Below, piece after piece: positions 63,135 through 64,000 of a stretch of DNA of 64,000 nucleotides. Below the pieces are notes generated by a model that saw nothing but the letters and a program-made list of their open reading frames with translations, made no database searches and was not told where the DNA came from. This DNA comes from Alphaproteobacteria bacterium (GTDB lineage: Bacteria; Pseudomonadota; Alphaproteobacteria; MPNO01): the NCBI GenBank assembly GCA_965248835.1, contig CBDFLJ010000002.1:128001-192000 (forward strand). Reading direction: 5' to 3'. How positions within the stretch are numbered: the stretch's first letter is position 1; every line of letters begins with the position of its first letter. Position numbers and translations under genes: made by a program.

Positions 63135-63490
63135 GCCCGGCGTCGGTCACTATCCGGGTTCGCCGCGGCACGCCGGAGGAGGCCTCGCGGATCGAGACCT
63201 TCGAGATTCCCTACCGCGACGGGATGTCGGTGCTCGATGCAGTGATGTGGGTGCACGCCAATGTCGATTCGACGCTCGCCGTCCGCTATTCCTGCATCAA
63301 CGCCAATGCGTGCAAGGAATGCATGCTCCAGGTCGACGGCAAGACCGAATATGCCTGCACCGCGCGCCTTGGTGCGGCCGGCGCGCTGATCGAGCCGCTG
63401 TCCAACAAGGCCCTGATCCGCGACCTCGTCACCGACATCGTCCCGCCCAAGGAACGGCTCGCGGCCCACCTCGCCGACTCTTCCGGCTAG
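63131..63490 (+). CDS. 2Fe-2S protein equivalent to the SdhB/FrdB N-terminal domain
   Basis: GMSVLDA, YSCINANACKEC...YAC, IEPL, IRDLV; ATGA overlap with flavoprotein. Confidence 0.85.
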   Translation: MSPASVTIRVRRGTPEEASRIETFEIPYRDGMSVLDAVMWVHANVDSTLAVRYSCINANACKECMLQVDGKTEYACTARLGAAGALIEPLSNKALIRDLVTDIVPPKERLAAHLADSSG

Positions 63491-63672
63491 TCAACAGGAA
63501 CCGAAGCGGGTGACATTATGGACTGTTCATCGGGGTTCGACCTTTGGCGGATCTTTCGGATGGCACGGGGCGCCGGCCGGCCGGTTGCGGCCTTGCTGTT
63601 GCGCGGTGAAGAGCGGTCGTATCTCGAGCGTCGGAGATCCCTGCAATCTCGACACCAAGCCGCGGGACACAA
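63488..63672 (+). mobile_element. Degenerate IS630-family remnant
   Basis: Short frame MARGAGRPVAALLLRGEERSYLER resembles the IS630 transposase N-terminus, then breaks; begins at a TA and has GGGACAC near the right end. Confidence 0.5.
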
Positions 63673-63905
63673 CCCAAGCCTCCTTTGTTCAAAAGCGTGA
63701 CGCATATTCCGCGACAACGCCGAGCCCTCGACTGAGTGCAGAGCCTGGACCACGACCATGGACGGCGCGGTTCGCTTTACCGGGTTTCCGAATGCCAATA
63801 GAATTTGCGCAAAGCCGGTCGTCTCGCGCTTGCGAGGGGACAGGCGGGGCGGCCTTATAAGCCTCGATTAAACGGGCCACGCGCCCACAGAGAGGGAGGA
63901 CTCCC

Positions 63906-64000
63906 ATGAAACGCTTCTTTCAGGCGTTGTTGGCCGGCGTGCTGGCCGGCGTGGTATCGGCCGGCGGGGCGCTTGCCCAGGACAAGCTCAAGATCGGCTG
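63906..64000 (+). CDS. Periplasmic binding protein N-terminus (BMP/PnrA-like), runs off window
   Basis: GGAGG RBS; signal peptide MKRFFQALLAG...ALA then QDKLKIG. Confidence 0.6.
   Translation, partial: MKRFFQALLAGVLAGVVSAGGALAQDKLKIG

Noticed and set aside
61419-63490. Respiratory succinate dehydrogenase sdhAB
   Set aside because: Key histidines absent, Fe-S subunit is a single domain, and no sdhCD

Overview
High-GC bacterial DNA, very likely an alphaproteobacterium (gcrA, atpH, tkt-gap-pgk, boxBC). 1-283: 5' part of atpH. About 460-12600: a nitrogen/signalling island with type III glutamine synthetase, an RsbW-like kinase, and a translationally coupled operon (SAM methyltransferase > binding-protein/permease fusion > permease > membrane HAMP-PP2C phosphatase) that has no ABC ATPase and degenerate coupling loops. 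The island also holds a second binding protein, an amtB split by an in-frame TGA, two STAS anti-anti-sigma proteins and a GPP34/GOLPH3-like protein. I consider this island the best candidate for an undescribed system: an ABC-derived amino-acid sensor feeding a partner-switching cascade. About 12700-52900: a long aromatic/heteroaromatic catabolic region (two UbiD decarboxylases, flavin monooxygenase, boxC-boxB-benzoate-CoA ligase-amidase, TauD dioxygenases, Mo-hydroxylase large subunit, amidohydrolases, Rieske oxygenase, CoA ligases, lipoate ligase, beta-oxidation genes), with SRAP and gcrA embedded; gcrA is preceded by tandem NrdR-box-like sites. 53081-57311: tkt-gap-pgk. Then a probable AhpD/CMD selenoprotein (CxxU with a SECIS-like hairpin, split by the ORF caller), small genes, a ferritin-like protein with a truncated paralogue at 19.1-19.6 kb, a non-canonical SdhA-like flavoprotein with a stand-alone 2Fe-2S partner, an IS630-like remnant and the start of a binding-protein gene. 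No rRNA, tRNA or CRISPR array was recognised. All product calls come from motif recognition by eye, not from database searches.
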